Below are positions 28,260 through 37,862 of a stretch of 64,000 bases of DNA, one piece after another; positions within the stretch are counted from its first letter, which is position 1; every line of letters starts with the position of its first letter. The DNA lies in assembly GCA_030765235.1 (NCBI GenBank), contig JAVCCW010000030.1:8144-72143 (forward strand), read 5' to 3'. The notes below the pieces were generated by a model. It did not search any database, was not told where the DNA came from, and was given only the letters and a program-made list of their open reading frames with translations. The translations under genes were made by a program, and so were the position numbers. This DNA is from Candidatus Gorgyraea atricola (lineage in GTDB: Bacteria; Omnitrophota; Gorgyraeia; Gorgyraeales; Gorgyraeaceae).

Positions 28260-29570
28260 TTAATATTTATAGGTGAACCCCACTGCAAAAATATTCACGA
28301 ATTGTTCATATCTGCCGTCTATATCAGCATTACTGGTTGAACCTACGCCATTTGCTACATCTCTATCTTCGAAAAACAATGCAAGATATGAGATATCCAT
28401 TGTCATGTCTTTAAATGTATAACCAAATCCGCAAGTAATTCCATACCTGTCAGAATCAGGCAGAGCAGTGTCAAAATTTGCTTCAGATACAGGAGTTTGT
28501 TCATACATATATCCGCACCTTAGCTGTATCTTATCTGATGCGTCATAATTAACACCTATGCCAAGAGAAAACACGTCTTCCCAGTCCTTTGACGCTGGGT
28601 TACCGGCGTTTAAGATTTGGAGCTTTATGGGATGAGTTTCCGTCTCCCATTCTACCCAGTCTTGTACAACACTTGACCAACCTGTCCATTCCAAGTCAGC
28701 CTCGAAAGTTAATACATCGTTTACATCCCATGCATATCCTAAAGTAACAACCTCAGGAAGTGTCATGTCTGCCTTGATCGAGGTATCATAAGACGCGCCA
28801 AATAGTCCTGCAGTGGCATCAGCACCCAGGCCATTCAATGAAAGAGTGCCTTTTTGTGAAAAGTCTACCTCGCTCCTGTATGCTACAGCCAGTCTGTGCG
28901 AATCTTTAAAGCTATAAAGCATCCCCAAGTTATAGCCCCAGCTTTCATCATCAGCCTTAAGATAAAAATCACCGTCAGCCTCTACAGCAGAGCCACCTAA
29001 AAGCGTATTAACGCGTGTGACATTGAACTTCCTATACTTATTGACATTGCTTATCATATAGTTTAAACCAGCGCCGATTGATAGATTATCATTTACCTTA
29101 TATGCTACTGAAGGGTTTATATTCTCGACCCTCACATCTGATTCTGTGGCAACATACCGAGAATAGCTGTCATCTGGCCAGTCAGTGCCAAGTCCATATG
29201 GAATAGTAACGCCCAGACCAAATGTAAATTCCTCAAGGCCAAAGTCATCAACGAGGTAAAAATTTGGCACAAAAAAGCTCTGGCTTTCCATGTCTACTTC
29301 TCCTGCGCCTGTAGGCGTGCCTCTACCAATCGGCATCTCAAGGGTATAGCCTATACTTACTGCAGAACCGTCTAAATACGACATGGCAGCAGGGTTATAG
29401 TATACTGCTGCAGGATCATCTATCTGCGCAGCACCTGCTGAGCCCCTTCCCATACCTTTTGCGCTTACCACCTCATTCTTGAAGCCACCTGCGCCAACTG
29501 CAAAAGCTACATTAGTCGATACCATGATCAAAGTAAACAATAACAAGCCGCACCATAACTTCCTAAGCAT
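28260..29570 (-). CDS. fadL: FadL/TodX-family outer-membrane hydrophobic-compound transporter
   Basis: Signal peptide, then GSAGAAQIDDPAAVYYNPAAM N-terminal hatch motif; beta-rich sequence ending in aromatic FTYKY. Confidence 0.75.
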   Translation of the reverse strand: MLRKLWCGLLLFTLIMVSTNVAFAVGAGGFKNEVVSAKGMGRGSAGAAQIDDPAAVYYNPAAMSYLDGSAVSIGYTLEMPIGRGTPTGAGEVDMESQSFFVPNFYLVDDFGLEEFTFGLGVTIPYGLGTDWPDDSYSRYVATESDVRVENINPSVAYKVNDNLSIGAGLNYMISNVNKYRKFNVTRVNTLLGGSAVEADGDFYLKADDESWGYNLGMLYSFKDSHRLAVAYRSEVDFSQKGTLSLNGLGADATAGLFGASYDTSIKADMTLPEVVTLGYAWDVNDVLTFEADLEWTGWSSVVQDWVEWETETHPIKLQILNAGNPASKDWEDVFSLGIGVNYDASDKIQLRCGYMYEQTPVSEANFDTALPDSDRYGITCGFGYTFKDMTMDISYLALFFEDRDVANGVGSTSNADIDGRYEQFVNIFAVGFTYKY

Positions 29571-29764
29571 TACCCACCCCCATTTGTTTGCTGTTCACTC
29601 TCTTCTATCCACTTACTAATAGAATCCCTTCTTATTCTCCAGCTGGTACCTATCTTAAAAGCAGGGATCTTCCCGTTCTTCACATACTTGTAGATCGTCA
29701 TAGGATGCACATCCATATAGTCAGCCACATCCTTGATCGTTAAAATGTCCTTTGACTTAGTCAC
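29570..29764 (-). CDS. excisionase/MerR-type helix-turn-helix DNA-binding protein, GTG start
   Basis: LTIKDVADYMDVHPMTIYKYVKNGKIPAFKIG matches the TIGR01764-like HTH. Stop overlaps the fadL start; AAAGGAG RBS. Confidence 0.6.
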   Translation of the reverse strand: MTKSKDILTIKDVADYMDVHPMTIYKYVKNGKIPAFKIGTSWRIRRDSISKWIEESEQQTNGGG

Positions 29765-29804
29765 AATATACTCCTTTATATTCTATTAAACCAACGTATA
29801 AAGA

Positions 29805-29832
29805 AGTATACTGATTTTATACCCTTTGTCAA
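29805..29832 (-). promoter_or_regulatory. sigma70-like promoter for the HTH-fadL-ACP-ligase-reductase-rSAM operon
   Basis: Minus strand reads TTGACA, 16-nt spacer, TATACT, about 35 nt upstream of the AAAGGAG RBS and GTG start of the HTH gene. Confidence 0.5.
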
Positions 29833-29845
29833 GGGTAGCTGCCCT

Positions 29846-30733
29846 CTAGGAAAGAAGCGCTTCGAGATGGGAATAGGCTGAGTTTGCTAGACTTAGGAGG
29901 TTATAGCCGCCTTCTAGTACTGAAACAATAGGGGCTATATCCTTTATAAGACAGGTCATTTCGTGATATCCGGGTTCTGTTAGATTTATAGAAGATAATG
30001 GGTCGTCCTTGTGGCCATCGAATCCTGCTGAGATCAATATGAATTCCGGGTTAAAGTCTTTAAGCTTTGGGATTATGGCTTCTTTAAACGCTTTTATATA
30101 TTCTTTGTCGCCGCTCCCTCCTGGCATTGGGATATTTAGATTAAATGGCGAGGAAGTTTGGCCTGTTCCTGGATAGTGCGGGTATTGATGTAAGCTTATA
30201 TAGAAAACACTCTGGTCATTATAAAAGATCTCCTCTGTGCCATTTCCATGATGCACATCCCAGTCAATAATCGCAACTCGCTTTAAGCCATGCTTCCTCA
30301 GGACGTGCCTTGCGCCAATAGCAACATTATTGAATATGCAGAATCCCATTGCCTGTGAAGGCCCTGCGTGATGGCCTGGCGGCCGAACCATGCAGAATGC
30401 ATTGTCAGCATCTCCTCTAACCACCAGGTCTATACCTTTAATTACTGCACCTGCGGCAAAAAGCGCTGCATCAAAGGAATCCTTGGAAATCACTGTGTCA
30501 GGATCAAGGTTGCCAGGACCGTGCTCCTTTACGCGCAAAACATAGTCCTTGGCATGCACAGACACTATATCTTCTATAGTTGCGGCTTTCGGCTCAATAA
30601 GCTTTAACTTATCAATAAGCCTGGTCTTCTCTAATTTTCTAAGGATTGCCTGCAGCCTGGAAGCACGCTCTGGATGATGCGGCCCTGTATCGTGCTGCAG
30701 GAAGATGGGATGATATATTAATGCAGTCTTCAT
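29846..30733 (-). CDS. histone deacetylase-family amidohydrolase (AcuC/acetylpolyamine aminohydrolase-like)
   Basis: HDAC motifs MVRPPGHHA, DWDVHHGNGT, SAGFDGHKDDPL. Confidence 0.8.
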   Translation of the reverse strand: MKTALIYHPIFLQHDTGPHHPERASRLQAILRKLEKTRLIDKLKLIEPKAATIEDIVSVHAKDYVLRVKEHGPGNLDPDTVISKDSFDAALFAAGAVIKGIDLVVRGDADNAFCMVRPPGHHAGPSQAMGFCIFNNVAIGARHVLRKHGLKRVAIIDWDVHHGNGTEEIFYNDQSVFYISLHQYPHYPGTGQTSSPFNLNIPMPGGSGDKEYIKAFKEAIIPKLKDFNPEFILISAGFDGHKDDPLSSINLTEPGYHEMTCLIKDIAPIVSVLEGGYNLLSLANSAYSHLEALLS

Positions 30734-30739
30734 ATTGCT

Positions 30740-30776
30740 AAAAAAAGCCGAGGTCCAGCCTCGGCTTTTTTAGTCC
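30740..30776. terminator. AGCCGAGGTCCAGCCTCGGCT hairpin flanked by A/T runs, between trpF and the HDAC gene
   Basis: AAAAAAAGCCGAGGTCCAGCCTCGGCTTTTTT; same family as 12527-12590 and 61684-61727. Confidence 0.6.
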
Positions 30777-31417
30777 TCTTCTGCGCGGCGGACTTCTTTT
30801 ATGAATTCCTCCATCAGCTCCACATTTTTCTTGCCTGGACTTGATTCTATGCCGCTTGAAACATCTACAGCGTATGGCCTGATCTCTTTTACTATGTCAT
30901 AGACATTATCAGAGGTAAGTCCGCCTGATATTATAATGCGCCTGTCATATTCTTTTGCCAGAACAGCTAGCGTCCTGTCAAAACCCTTACCTGTGCCGCC
31001 ATACACACTGCTTATATACGCGTCCAGTAAAAATGCATCTGCTGGACATTCCTCTATGGAATCAAGGCTTTCTTTATCCTTGACCCTGATGGCCTTTATT
31101 AATTTAATGCCTTTGAATCGTAAGGATTTAAATCCTAAACAATATTTCACATCCTCATCGCCATGTAACTGCACAGCATTTAATCCATATCTTTCAACAC
31201 ATTCTTCAATAAATCCCAGATCTTCATTAACAAAAACACCTACTGCGCTTACATAGGGCGGAAGTCTCCTTATTATATCTCCCGCGTCTTTAGGGCTGAT
31301 ATAGCGAGGACTTTCTTTAAAAAATACAAACCCAAGGGCATCTGCTCCTACTGCAACAGCCTTCTCAGCATCCCGCGCCGAAGTTATCCCGCAAAACTTC
31401 ACCCTAACCCTTATCAT
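30770..31417 (-). CDS. trpF: phosphoribosylanthranilate isomerase
   Basis: KFCGITSARDA...GADALGFVF TIM-barrel PRAI signature. Confidence 0.85.
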   Translation of the reverse strand: MIRVRVKFCGITSARDAEKAVAVGADALGFVFFKESPRYISPKDAGDIIRRLPPYVSAVGVFVNEDLGFIEECVERYGLNAVQLHGDEDVKYCLGFKSLRFKGIKLIKAIRVKDKESLDSIEECPADAFLLDAYISSVYGGTGKGFDRTLAVLAKEYDRRIIISGGLTSDNVYDIVKEIRPYAVDVSSGIESSPGKKNVELMEEFIKEVRRAEED

Positions 31418-32198
31418 CCCCCATTACCTCCCTTATTTTTCCCTCAATATCCTTAGCCCCAAGAAAAGCCCCTCCTATCAAAACCGCATTTACGCCTGCA
31501 TCCCTGAGTCTGGCAATATCATGGTCTGACGCTATCCCGCTCTCGCTTACCTTTATTATTTGATCCGGCATCTTTGAAATTAATTTGAATGTGGCATCGA
31601 TATTCACCTTGAATGTATCAAGATCCCTATTGTTAATGCCTATTATTTTTGCATCGCTAATAATAGCCTTTTCCAGATCCTTCTCATCATGAACTTCAAC
31701 GAGGCACTCCATACCTATCCTCTTGGCCAAATACATAAAGCTTTTTATCTCTTCCTTTGTCAGAATCCTGGCGATCAGAAGGATCGCATCCGCTCCAGCA
31801 TAACGCGATTCATAGACCTGATACTCGTCTATGATAAAATCTTTTCGAAGCACAGGTAGATCTGTGACACGCCGCACCTCGCTGATATGCGAAATGTTGC
31901 CTCCAAAGTATTTTTTATCTGTCAATACGGATATCGCGGCAGCACCTGAGTCTGCATATATCTTGGCGAGACGCGCAACATCAAACTTTTTTGAGAAGCC
32001 CTTTTTATGTGAAGGCGATTTGGATTTTATCTCGGCAATGAGATTTACGCGATTGGCTATTGATATTGCTTCCCTGAAAGACCGTACACCTTTAAGAAGT
32101 CGTTTTGAATCAACAAAATGCGTAATCGGCCTCTTGACCTTCAAGGCCTCTACTTCTTTTTTCTTCAGATTGATTATTTCTTTTAAAAAATTGGTCAT
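31404..32198 (-). CDS. trpC: indole-3-glycerol phosphate synthase
   Basis: IAEIKSKSPS, LRKDFIIDEYQ, GINNRDL blocks. Confidence 0.85.
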   Translation of the reverse strand: MTNFLKEIINLKKKEVEALKVKRPITHFVDSKRLLKGVRSFREAISIANRVNLIAEIKSKSPSHKKGFSKKFDVARLAKIYADSGAAAISVLTDKKYFGGNISHISEVRRVTDLPVLRKDFIIDEYQVYESRYAGADAILLIARILTKEEIKSFMYLAKRIGMECLVEVHDEKDLEKAIISDAKIIGINNRDLDTFKVNIDATFKLISKMPDQIIKVSESGIASDHDIARLRDAGVNAVLIGGAFLGAKDIEGKIREVMGDDKG

Positions 32199-32214
32199 GC
32201 TTCTATCCCTAGTA

Positions 32215-32264
32215 AGCCTGGCTTCCGTAGGCCAGGTTTAAACCTGGCCTACGGAAGCCAGGCT
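32215..32264. repeat. GCCAGGTTTAAACCTGGC-core palindromic hairpin (copy 2), between trpD and trpC
   Basis: AGCCTGGCTTCCGTAGGCCAGGTTTAAACCTGGCCTACGGAAGCCAGGCT. Confidence 0.7.
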
Positions 32265-32268
32265 CAAG

Positions 32269-33279
32269 TTATTTATTTGTAAATACTATCAATTTCTCTA
32301 ATTTCTCCATCGCCCTGCCCGACGCGATGGATTCCCTTGTCAGCTCAATGCCTTTTTTGAAATCCTGGGCAAGTCCGCCCGCAACCAATGCACTAGATGC
32401 ATTTAAGAGTACAACATCTTGCTTTGCGCCTGAGACTCCTTTAAGCACCTCTTTTATGATTCGAGCATTATCTTCAGCGCTGCCGCCTTTTATATCTTCA
32501 AGCCGCGCGACCTTTATTTTAAAATCCTGAGGCTTCACGCAAAAAGTCTTTATCTTTCCATCCTTTAATTCAGACACCTGAGTCTTTCCTGTAATAGTGA
32601 TCTCGTCAAGGCCATCAAGTCCGTGAACCACAAATGAATGCCTTTCCCCAAGATTTTTCAATACACTTGCCATGACCTCTGTAAGTTCCTTGCGATATAC
32701 GCCCAGCACCTGACAATTAGCCCCTGCAGGATTTGTAAGGGGGCCGAGTATGTTAAATATAGTGCGTATACCTATTTCTCGTCGAGGATCTATGGCATAT
32801 TTCATCGCTCCATGAAAAAGAGGGGCAAATAAAAATCCAATGCCGACCTCTTTTATACAGGTCTCGACTTTATTTGGGGCAATATCGATATTCACCCCAA
32901 GCGCCTTTAAGACATCTGCGCTGCCGCATTGGCTTGAGACAGCCCTGTTGCCATGCTTGGCGACCTTTAGGCCTGCTCCGCTCACAACAAAACCAGCTGC
33001 TGTCGAGATATTAAAACTACCAGTGTTACTCCCGCCAGTTCCACAGGTATCAATAACTGTATCGCCGCCAACATTTATCTTAACTGCCTTTTCGCGCATA
33101 ACCATACTAGCGCCAGTAATCTCATCCACTGTCTCGCCCTTTAATCTAAGCGCAGTAATAAAGCTGGCTATCTGCGCAGAAGTTGCCCGGCCTGTCATTA
33201 TCTCACCCATGCACACGACCATCTCTTCACGCGTCAAATTAACTCCATCAACTACCTTACCTATGGCTTGTTTTATCAT
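32269..33279 (-). CDS. trpD: anthranilate phosphoribosyltransferase
   Basis: IDTCGTGGSNTGSFNISTAA and KHGNRAVSS motifs. Confidence 0.9.
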   Translation of the reverse strand: MIKQAIGKVVDGVNLTREEMVVCMGEIMTGRATSAQIASFITALRLKGETVDEITGASMVMREKAVKINVGGDTVIDTCGTGGSNTGSFNISTAAGFVVSGAGLKVAKHGNRAVSSQCGSADVLKALGVNIDIAPNKVETCIKEVGIGFLFAPLFHGAMKYAIDPRREIGIRTIFNILGPLTNPAGANCQVLGVYRKELTEVMASVLKNLGERHSFVVHGLDGLDEITITGKTQVSELKDGKIKTFCVKPQDFKIKVARLEDIKGGSAEDNARIIKEVLKGVSGAKQDVVLLNASSALVAGGLAQDFKKGIELTRESIASGRAMEKLEKLIVFTNK

Positions 33280-33282
33280 AGT

Positions 33283-33849
33283 CTACCTCATATTAACAAA
33301 GTTCTTTAATAGCGTCTTCCCGAAATTGGTCAGAATTGACTCAGGATGAAACTGTACGCCCCACACAGAAAATCTCTTGTGCTTCAATGCCATGATCTCC
33401 CTGTCTTTTGTACGGGCAATAATTTGCAAAACCTTGGGCAAGGATTTTTTCTCTACTATCAAAGAATGATACCGCGTTGCCTCAAATGGACTTGCAATAC
33501 CTTTAAAGATGCTGCCTGTCTTATGATAGATCATTGAGGTCTTACCATGCATCAACTGCTTAGCCCTTATAATTTTTCCCCCAAAGACTTCTGCAATGCA
33601 TTGGTGACCAAGACACACGCCCAATATTGGGATCTTTCCAGAAAATTCTTTTATAACAAGCTTGGAAATGCCTGCATCTTTAGGCCTGCCTGGACCAGGG
33701 GATATAATTATGTGGCTCGGCCTTAAAGCGCGAATATCCTTTAAAGATATCTTGTCATTTCTATGGATAACTAATTTCTCGCCGAGCTCAGACAAATACT
33801 GCACAAGATTATAGGTAAAGGAATCGTAATTGTCGATCATGAGAATCAT
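33283..33849 (-). CDS. trpG: anthranilate synthase component II (glutamine amidotransferase)
   Basis: Class I GATase with GVCLGHQ nucleophile and catalytic His-Glu at the C-terminus. Confidence 0.85.
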   Translation of the reverse strand: MILMIDNYDSFTYNLVQYLSELGEKLVIHRNDKISLKDIRALRPSHIIISPGPGRPKDAGISKLVIKEFSGKIPILGVCLGHQCIAEVFGGKIIRAKQLMHGKTSMIYHKTGSIFKGIASPFEATRYHSLIVEKKSLPKVLQIIARTKDREIMALKHKRFSVWGVQFHPESILTNFGKTLLKNFVNMR

Positions 33850-33854
33850 TCTAT

Positions 33855-33960
33855 GATACCTCTCGCATTAAAATCCCAAATCCCAATAAATACCAATACT
33901 ACCAAATAAATCCCAATTTCCAAATCCCAAACATGGTTTTGGATTTGGGATTTTGGATTT
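33855..33960. repeat. CCCAAT-rich palindrome between trpE and trpG
   Basis: AAATCCCAAATCCCAATAAATACCAATACTACCAAATAAATCCCAATTTCCAAATCCCAAACATGGTTTTGGATTTGGGATTTTGGATTT; related to 4917-5036. Confidence 0.6.
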
Positions 33961-35389
33961 ATTCAAGTCCTTCCTCTGCTATTTCAATAGCCTTGACCAT
34001 GGCCTTTGCCTTATTGACTGTCTCCTGATATTCTCTCGATGGCACTGAATCAGCTACTATGCCAGCGCCTGCCTGTATAAACGCGTCTTTTCCTTTTACG
34101 AGTATAGTCCTTATGTTAATGCAGGTGTCCATGTTGCCGTTAAAACTAAAATAACCTACTGCGCCTGCGTAAGGTCCGCGCCTCGAGTTTTCCAGCTCAT
34201 CTATTATCTCCATCGCGCGTATCTTTGGCGCGCCAGCCACAGTACCTGCAGGAAAAGCGGCCCTTAAAACATCGTACGCATTCTTGCCTCTGGCAAGCTT
34301 GCCTACGCAATTGCTTACTATGTGCATGACATGCGAATATTTTTCTACAAACATAAACTCTGACACCTTTACGCTGCCAGCCTTACACACCCTGCCTATA
34401 TCATTTCTGCCAAGATCAACAAGCATGACGTGTTCGGCCCTTTCCTTTGCATCCTGTAAAAGCTCCTTCTCGAGACGCGCGTCATCCTCTGCATCTTTTC
34501 CTCTCGGCCTTGTCCCGGCAATAGGACGCGTCTCAACAATCCCGTTCTCGCATCTTACAAGGACTTCGGGCGAAGCGCCTATCATCTTTACGTCGCCAAA
34601 ATTTAAATAGTACATATATGAGGAGGGATTCAGGGATCTTAGCTCACGATATACATCCAGTGGATCACAATTCAGGGTAGTGCGAAAACGCTGCGAAAGC
34701 ACTACCTGTATAATATCGCCAGCCTTGATATATTTTTTAGCCTTCCGCACAGCGTTCTCAAACCCCTTTTTTGTAAAATTTGATTTGATCTTGTGAGGGG
34801 TTTTTGTCTTTCTCTCCTTTTTTTCTTTTAGTGGTCTATTTAATTTTTTTATAATCTTGTCTATTTTCTTTACCACGCTATCATAACTCCCTTGTCCCTT
34901 GTCCCTTGTCCCTTGTCCCTCAGGATAAGCATTCACCACCACTTTAATCTTATGCGTTGAATGGTCAAAGATTATATGACTATCTGCCATCATAAAGATA
35001 GCGCCTGGGACATTTAGATCATCTGGATTTTCATCTGGCAGATCTTCGAAAAACCTAACTGTGTCATATCCCATATAACCTACGAGTCCCCCTGAAAATC
35101 TTGGCAGGCCCATTACTTTAGCCGGCTTAAAAACGCTCATGATCTTCGCGATCTCTTTTAAGGGCGAATCTGAGGTCTTAAAAATAATTGACGGCTCTAT
35201 GCCAATAAAAGAAAACCTCGCTATCTTCTCCTCACCTTCAACAGACTCCAGGAGATACGAATAATCGCCTTTCATCTTTACAAAGGCAGACACTGGCGTA
35301 AGTAAATCCGCGAGTATCTCGCGATATACCGGTATTACATTCGCTTTCTTTGCCAGTTTTACGAATTCTTTTTTTGACGGATAATACAT
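33959..35389 (-). CDS. trpE: anthranilate synthase component I
   Basis: Chorismate-binding C-terminus (GAVGYFSFNGNMDTCINIRT); contains a GQGTRDKGQG heptamer-repeat insert. Confidence 0.9.
   Translation of the reverse strand: MYYPSKKEFVKLAKKANVIPVYREILADLLTPVSAFVKMKGDYSYLLESVEGEEKIARFSFIGIEPSIIFKTSDSPLKEIAKIMSVFKPAKVMGLPRFSGGLVGYMGYDTVRFFEDLPDENPDDLNVPGAIFMMADSHIIFDHSTHKIKVVVNAYPEGQGTRDKGQGSYDSVVKKIDKIIKKLNRPLKEKKERKTKTPHKIKSNFTKKGFENAVRKAKKYIKAGDIIQVVLSQRFRTTLNCDPLDVYRELRSLNPSSYMYYLNFGDVKMIGASPEVLVRCENGIVETRPIAGTRPRGKDAEDDARLEKELLQDAKERAEHVMLVDLGRNDIGRVCKAGSVKVSEFMFVEKYSHVMHIVSNCVGKLARGKNAYDVLRAAFPAGTVAGAPKIRAMEIIDELENSRRGPYAGAVGYFSFNGNMDTCINIRTILVKGKDAFIQAGAGIVADSVPSREYQETVNKAKAMVKAIEIAEEGLE
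34889..34921. repeat. (CCCTTGT)x4 heptamer tract in frame in trpE
   Basis: CCCTTGTCCCTTGTCCCTTGTCCCTTGTCCC; reads GQGTRDKGQG. Confidence 0.7.
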
Positions 35390-35390
35390 C

Positions 35391-35705
35391 CTACGCCTTC
35401 CTATAGAAACAGCTTCTGTTTCCAGTGTGGCATGCCACGCCTTTTTGTCTTACCTTTATAAGGAGGGTGTCCATGTCACAGTCATAATAAACGCCTTTTA
35501 CGAATTGAAAATTCCCTGAAGTCTCGCCCTTTACCCAGTATTTCTTTCTGGAACGTGACCAGTAACAAGTCTTGCCTGAAGTAAGCGTCCTTTTTACTGA
35601 CGCCTTATTCATGTACGCCAGCATCAAGACCTCGCGGGTCTTATAGTCCTGCACTATCGCCGGTATCAGTCCATTTTTATCAAACTTCAAATCTTTGATC
35701 TTCAT
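35391..35705 (-). CDS. hisI: phosphoribosyl-AMP cyclohydrolase
   Basis: 104 aa, GLIPAIVQD...[16 protein letters not shown]...DCDMDTLL. Confidence 0.8.
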   Translation of the reverse strand: MKIKDLKFDKNGLIPAIVQDYKTREVLMLAYMNKASVKRTLTSGKTCYWSRSRKKYWVKGETSGNFQFVKGVYYDCDMDTLLIKVRQKGVACHTGNRSCFYRKA

Positions 35706-36478
35706 GTCCGCACTCCTACGCCTTTCTCTTTCAAATATTCTTTTGTGTCTTTTATTGAATATTCTCTAAAATGAAAAATAGATGCGGCAAGCGCCGCGTC
35801 TGCCTTGCCATCTGTCAAAACCTCATGTAAATGCTGGAGGCCTCCTGCGCCGCCAGACGCTATAATTGGGATGTTTAAATTCTCAGAGAATGCCTTTGTC
35901 AATTCGATATCGTACCCGTCTTTAGTGCCGTCCTTGTCCATGCTTGTAAGAAGGATCTCACCCGCGCCAAGCTTTTCTACTTTTTTGCCCCACTCTAAAG
36001 CATCTATGCCTGTTGGCGTGCGACCTCCATTAATATATACTTCCCAGCTTGCTCCTTGTCCCTTGTCACTTGTTGCTTGTCGCTTTGCGTCAATGGCCAC
36101 CACAATACACTGACTCCCAAACCTCTCCGAAGCCTTCTTGACAAGTTCAGGGTCTTTTACTGCAGCTGTATTGATCGAGACCTTATCTGTACCTGCATTC
36201 AATAACTCCCTGATATCATCGAGATTTCTTATGCCACCTCCGACTGTCAGCGGCATAAAAACCGTCTCTGCTGTGTGCCTCACCACATCCAGCATGATCT
36301 GCCTCTTCTCGTGGCTCGCTGTAATGTCCAAAAACACGATCTCGTCTGCCTCTTCCTTGTCGTAAAACTGAGCGACCTCTACAGGATCACCTGCATCCTT
36401 CAGGTTCAAAAACTTAACGCCCTTTACGACCCTGCCATCCTTAACGTCTAAACATGGAATAATTCTCTTGGTTAGCAT
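35702..36478 (-). CDS. hisF: imidazole glycerol phosphate synthase cyclase subunit
   Basis: [16 protein letters not shown] and IIASGGAG blocks. Confidence 0.9.
   Translation of the reverse strand: MLTKRIIPCLDVKDGRVVKGVKFLNLKDAGDPVEVAQFYDKEEADEIVFLDITASHEKRQIMLDVVRHTAETVFMPLTVGGGIRNLDDIRELLNAGTDKVSINTAAVKDPELVKKASERFGSQCIVVAIDAKRQATSDKGQGASWEVYINGGRTPTGIDALEWGKKVEKLGAGEILLTSMDKDGTKDGYDIELTKAFSENLNIPIIASGGAGGLQHLHEVLTDGKADAALAASIFHFREYSIKDTKEYLKEKGVGVRT
36052..36085. repeat. degenerate heptamer tract in frame in hisF
   Basis: GCTCCTTGTCCCTTGTCACTTGTTGCTTGTCGC; reads [10 protein letters not shown]. Confidence 0.55.
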
Positions 36479-37191
36479 ATTTTAATAGCTTCCTCAAGGT
36501 CGACCTTGCCCTCATACAGGGCTCGGCCAACAATAACTCCCTCTAAATTCTTGCTTCCAATATCCTTTAGCCTCTTGATGTCCTCCAGGTTCGAGACACC
36601 GCCAGATGCAATCACTGAGATATCTACGGAATTCAAAATCTTTTTCAATCTCTCTATATTAGGCCCTTTTAATGTCCCATCCACTGTAATATCAGTTACA
36701 ACAATTGTCTTTACGCCTATATTCTTGATCTTTTTAAGCATTGCCTCAGGCGTTAAGTCTGTAGCCTCGGTCCATCCCTTTTTTGCTATTTTTTCTCCTG
36801 AAAAATCAATACCAAGCACTATTCTTTGGTTGAATCTGGAGATCATGTCCTTTAAAAACTCAAGATCTTCAAAGGCCCTTGTGCCGATTACTACACGGCT
36901 AGCGCCCTGTTTTAAAAAATATTCTACATCTTTATCGCTGCGCAGCCCTCCTCCGACTTCACATGACATGTTTACGCTTTTTATAATACTGGTTATGATA
37001 TCCCTATTCCTGATCTCACCGTATTTTGCGCCATCCAGATCCACTATGTGCAAAAAAGAAGCGCCCTTATTCTGCCACTTGAGCGCCATCTTCACCGGAT
37101 CCTCTGAATAGAGCTTCTCCTTATTGAAATCGCCCTGATATAACCTAACAACCTTTCCGCCAATTATATCTATTGCAGGAATAACTATCAT
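36472..37191 (-). CDS. hisA: ProFAR isomerase
   Basis: [17 protein letters not shown] and VIASGGVS blocks. Confidence 0.85.
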   Translation of the reverse strand: MIVIPAIDIIGGKVVRLYQGDFNKEKLYSEDPVKMALKWQNKGASFLHIVDLDGAKYGEIRNRDIITSIIKSVNMSCEVGGGLRSDKDVEYFLKQGASRVVIGTRAFEDLEFLKDMISRFNQRIVLGIDFSGEKIAKKGWTEATDLTPEAMLKKIKNIGVKTIVVTDITVDGTLKGPNIERLKKILNSVDISVIASGGVSNLEDIKRLKDIGSKNLEGVIVGRALYEGKVDLEEAIKIC

Positions 37192-37862
37192 AGCTTTACA
37201 AAATTCTCCACGATCTTTAATCCAACGCCCTGGCTCTTCTCAGGATGAAACTGAAATGCGTATATATTATCTTTTTGAATACCAGAGGTAAATTTCACAC
37301 CATAATCTGTCTCACAAAGAACCATACTCCTATCCTCAGGCTCCACATAATAAGAATGCACAAAATACATAAAACTCCCATCAGCCACGCCATCTAGAGC
37401 CCTTGTCCCGCCTGTCCCGAGCGAAGTCGAGGGATGTCCCTTGCCTGCCCCGTACGAAATCTCTGATTTTCGTATGGGGTCCCTTGTCCCTATCTGATTC
37501 CAGCCCATATGCGGAATTTTTAAGCCGCTTCCAGCATTAAACCTCTTGACCTTACCCTTTAAAACATCAAGCCCCTTGATCCTACCGCCTTCTTCGCTCT
37601 CTGAAAATAAAAGCTGCAGGCCCAGACATATACCCAAGAAAGGTTTTCCTTTTTTTATTGTTTCCAGTATAGCCTTGATCAAACCCCTTTTTCGCAGTTC
37701 TTCCATTGCATTGCTAAATGCGCCCACGCCCGGCAGGATGATCTTATCAGCTGCAAGAATATCGCGGCTAGACGAAGTCACCTTGACATCAGGACAAAAG
37801 AGCTCTACTGCCTTTTGCACGCTCCTAAGATTTCCCATGCCATAATCAATAACAACAATCAC
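37188..37862 (-). CDS. hisH: imidazole glycerol phosphate synthase glutaminase subunit
   Basis: MIVVIDYGMGN, GICLGLQLL, FQFHPEKS; carries a ~30-aa palindromic-element insert. Confidence 0.85.
   Translation of the reverse strand: MIVVIDYGMGNLRSVQKAVELFCPDVKVTSSSRDILAADKIILPGVGAFSNAMEELRKRGLIKAILETIKKGKPFLGICLGLQLLFSESEEGGRIKGLDVLKGKVKRFNAGSGLKIPHMGWNQIGTRDPIRKSEISYGAGKGHPSTSLGTGGTRALDGVADGSFMYFVHSYYVEPEDRSMVLCETDYGVKFTSGIQKDNIYAFQFHPEKSQGVGLKIVENFVKL
37400..37490. repeat. composite element with an extra CGCCTGTCCCGAGCGAAGTCGAGGGATGTCCC module, in frame in hisH
   Basis: Reads GTRDPIRKSEISYGAGKGHPSTSLGTGGTRALDG between conserved HisH blocks. Confidence 0.75.

Noticed and set aside
29570-29764. 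Excisionase-type HTH gene as a marker of a prophage or integrative element
   Set aside because: No integrase, tRNA attachment site or other phage/mobile genes nearby. The gene is translationally coupled to fadL and preceded by a promoter, which fits better with a small operon regulator.
33283-33537. Plus-strand ORFs within the trpG/trpD region (e.g. 32840-33349, 169 aa)
   Set aside because: Antisense to trpD/trpG with Pro/Thr/Ser-rich low-complexity translation typical of reverse-strand artefacts.
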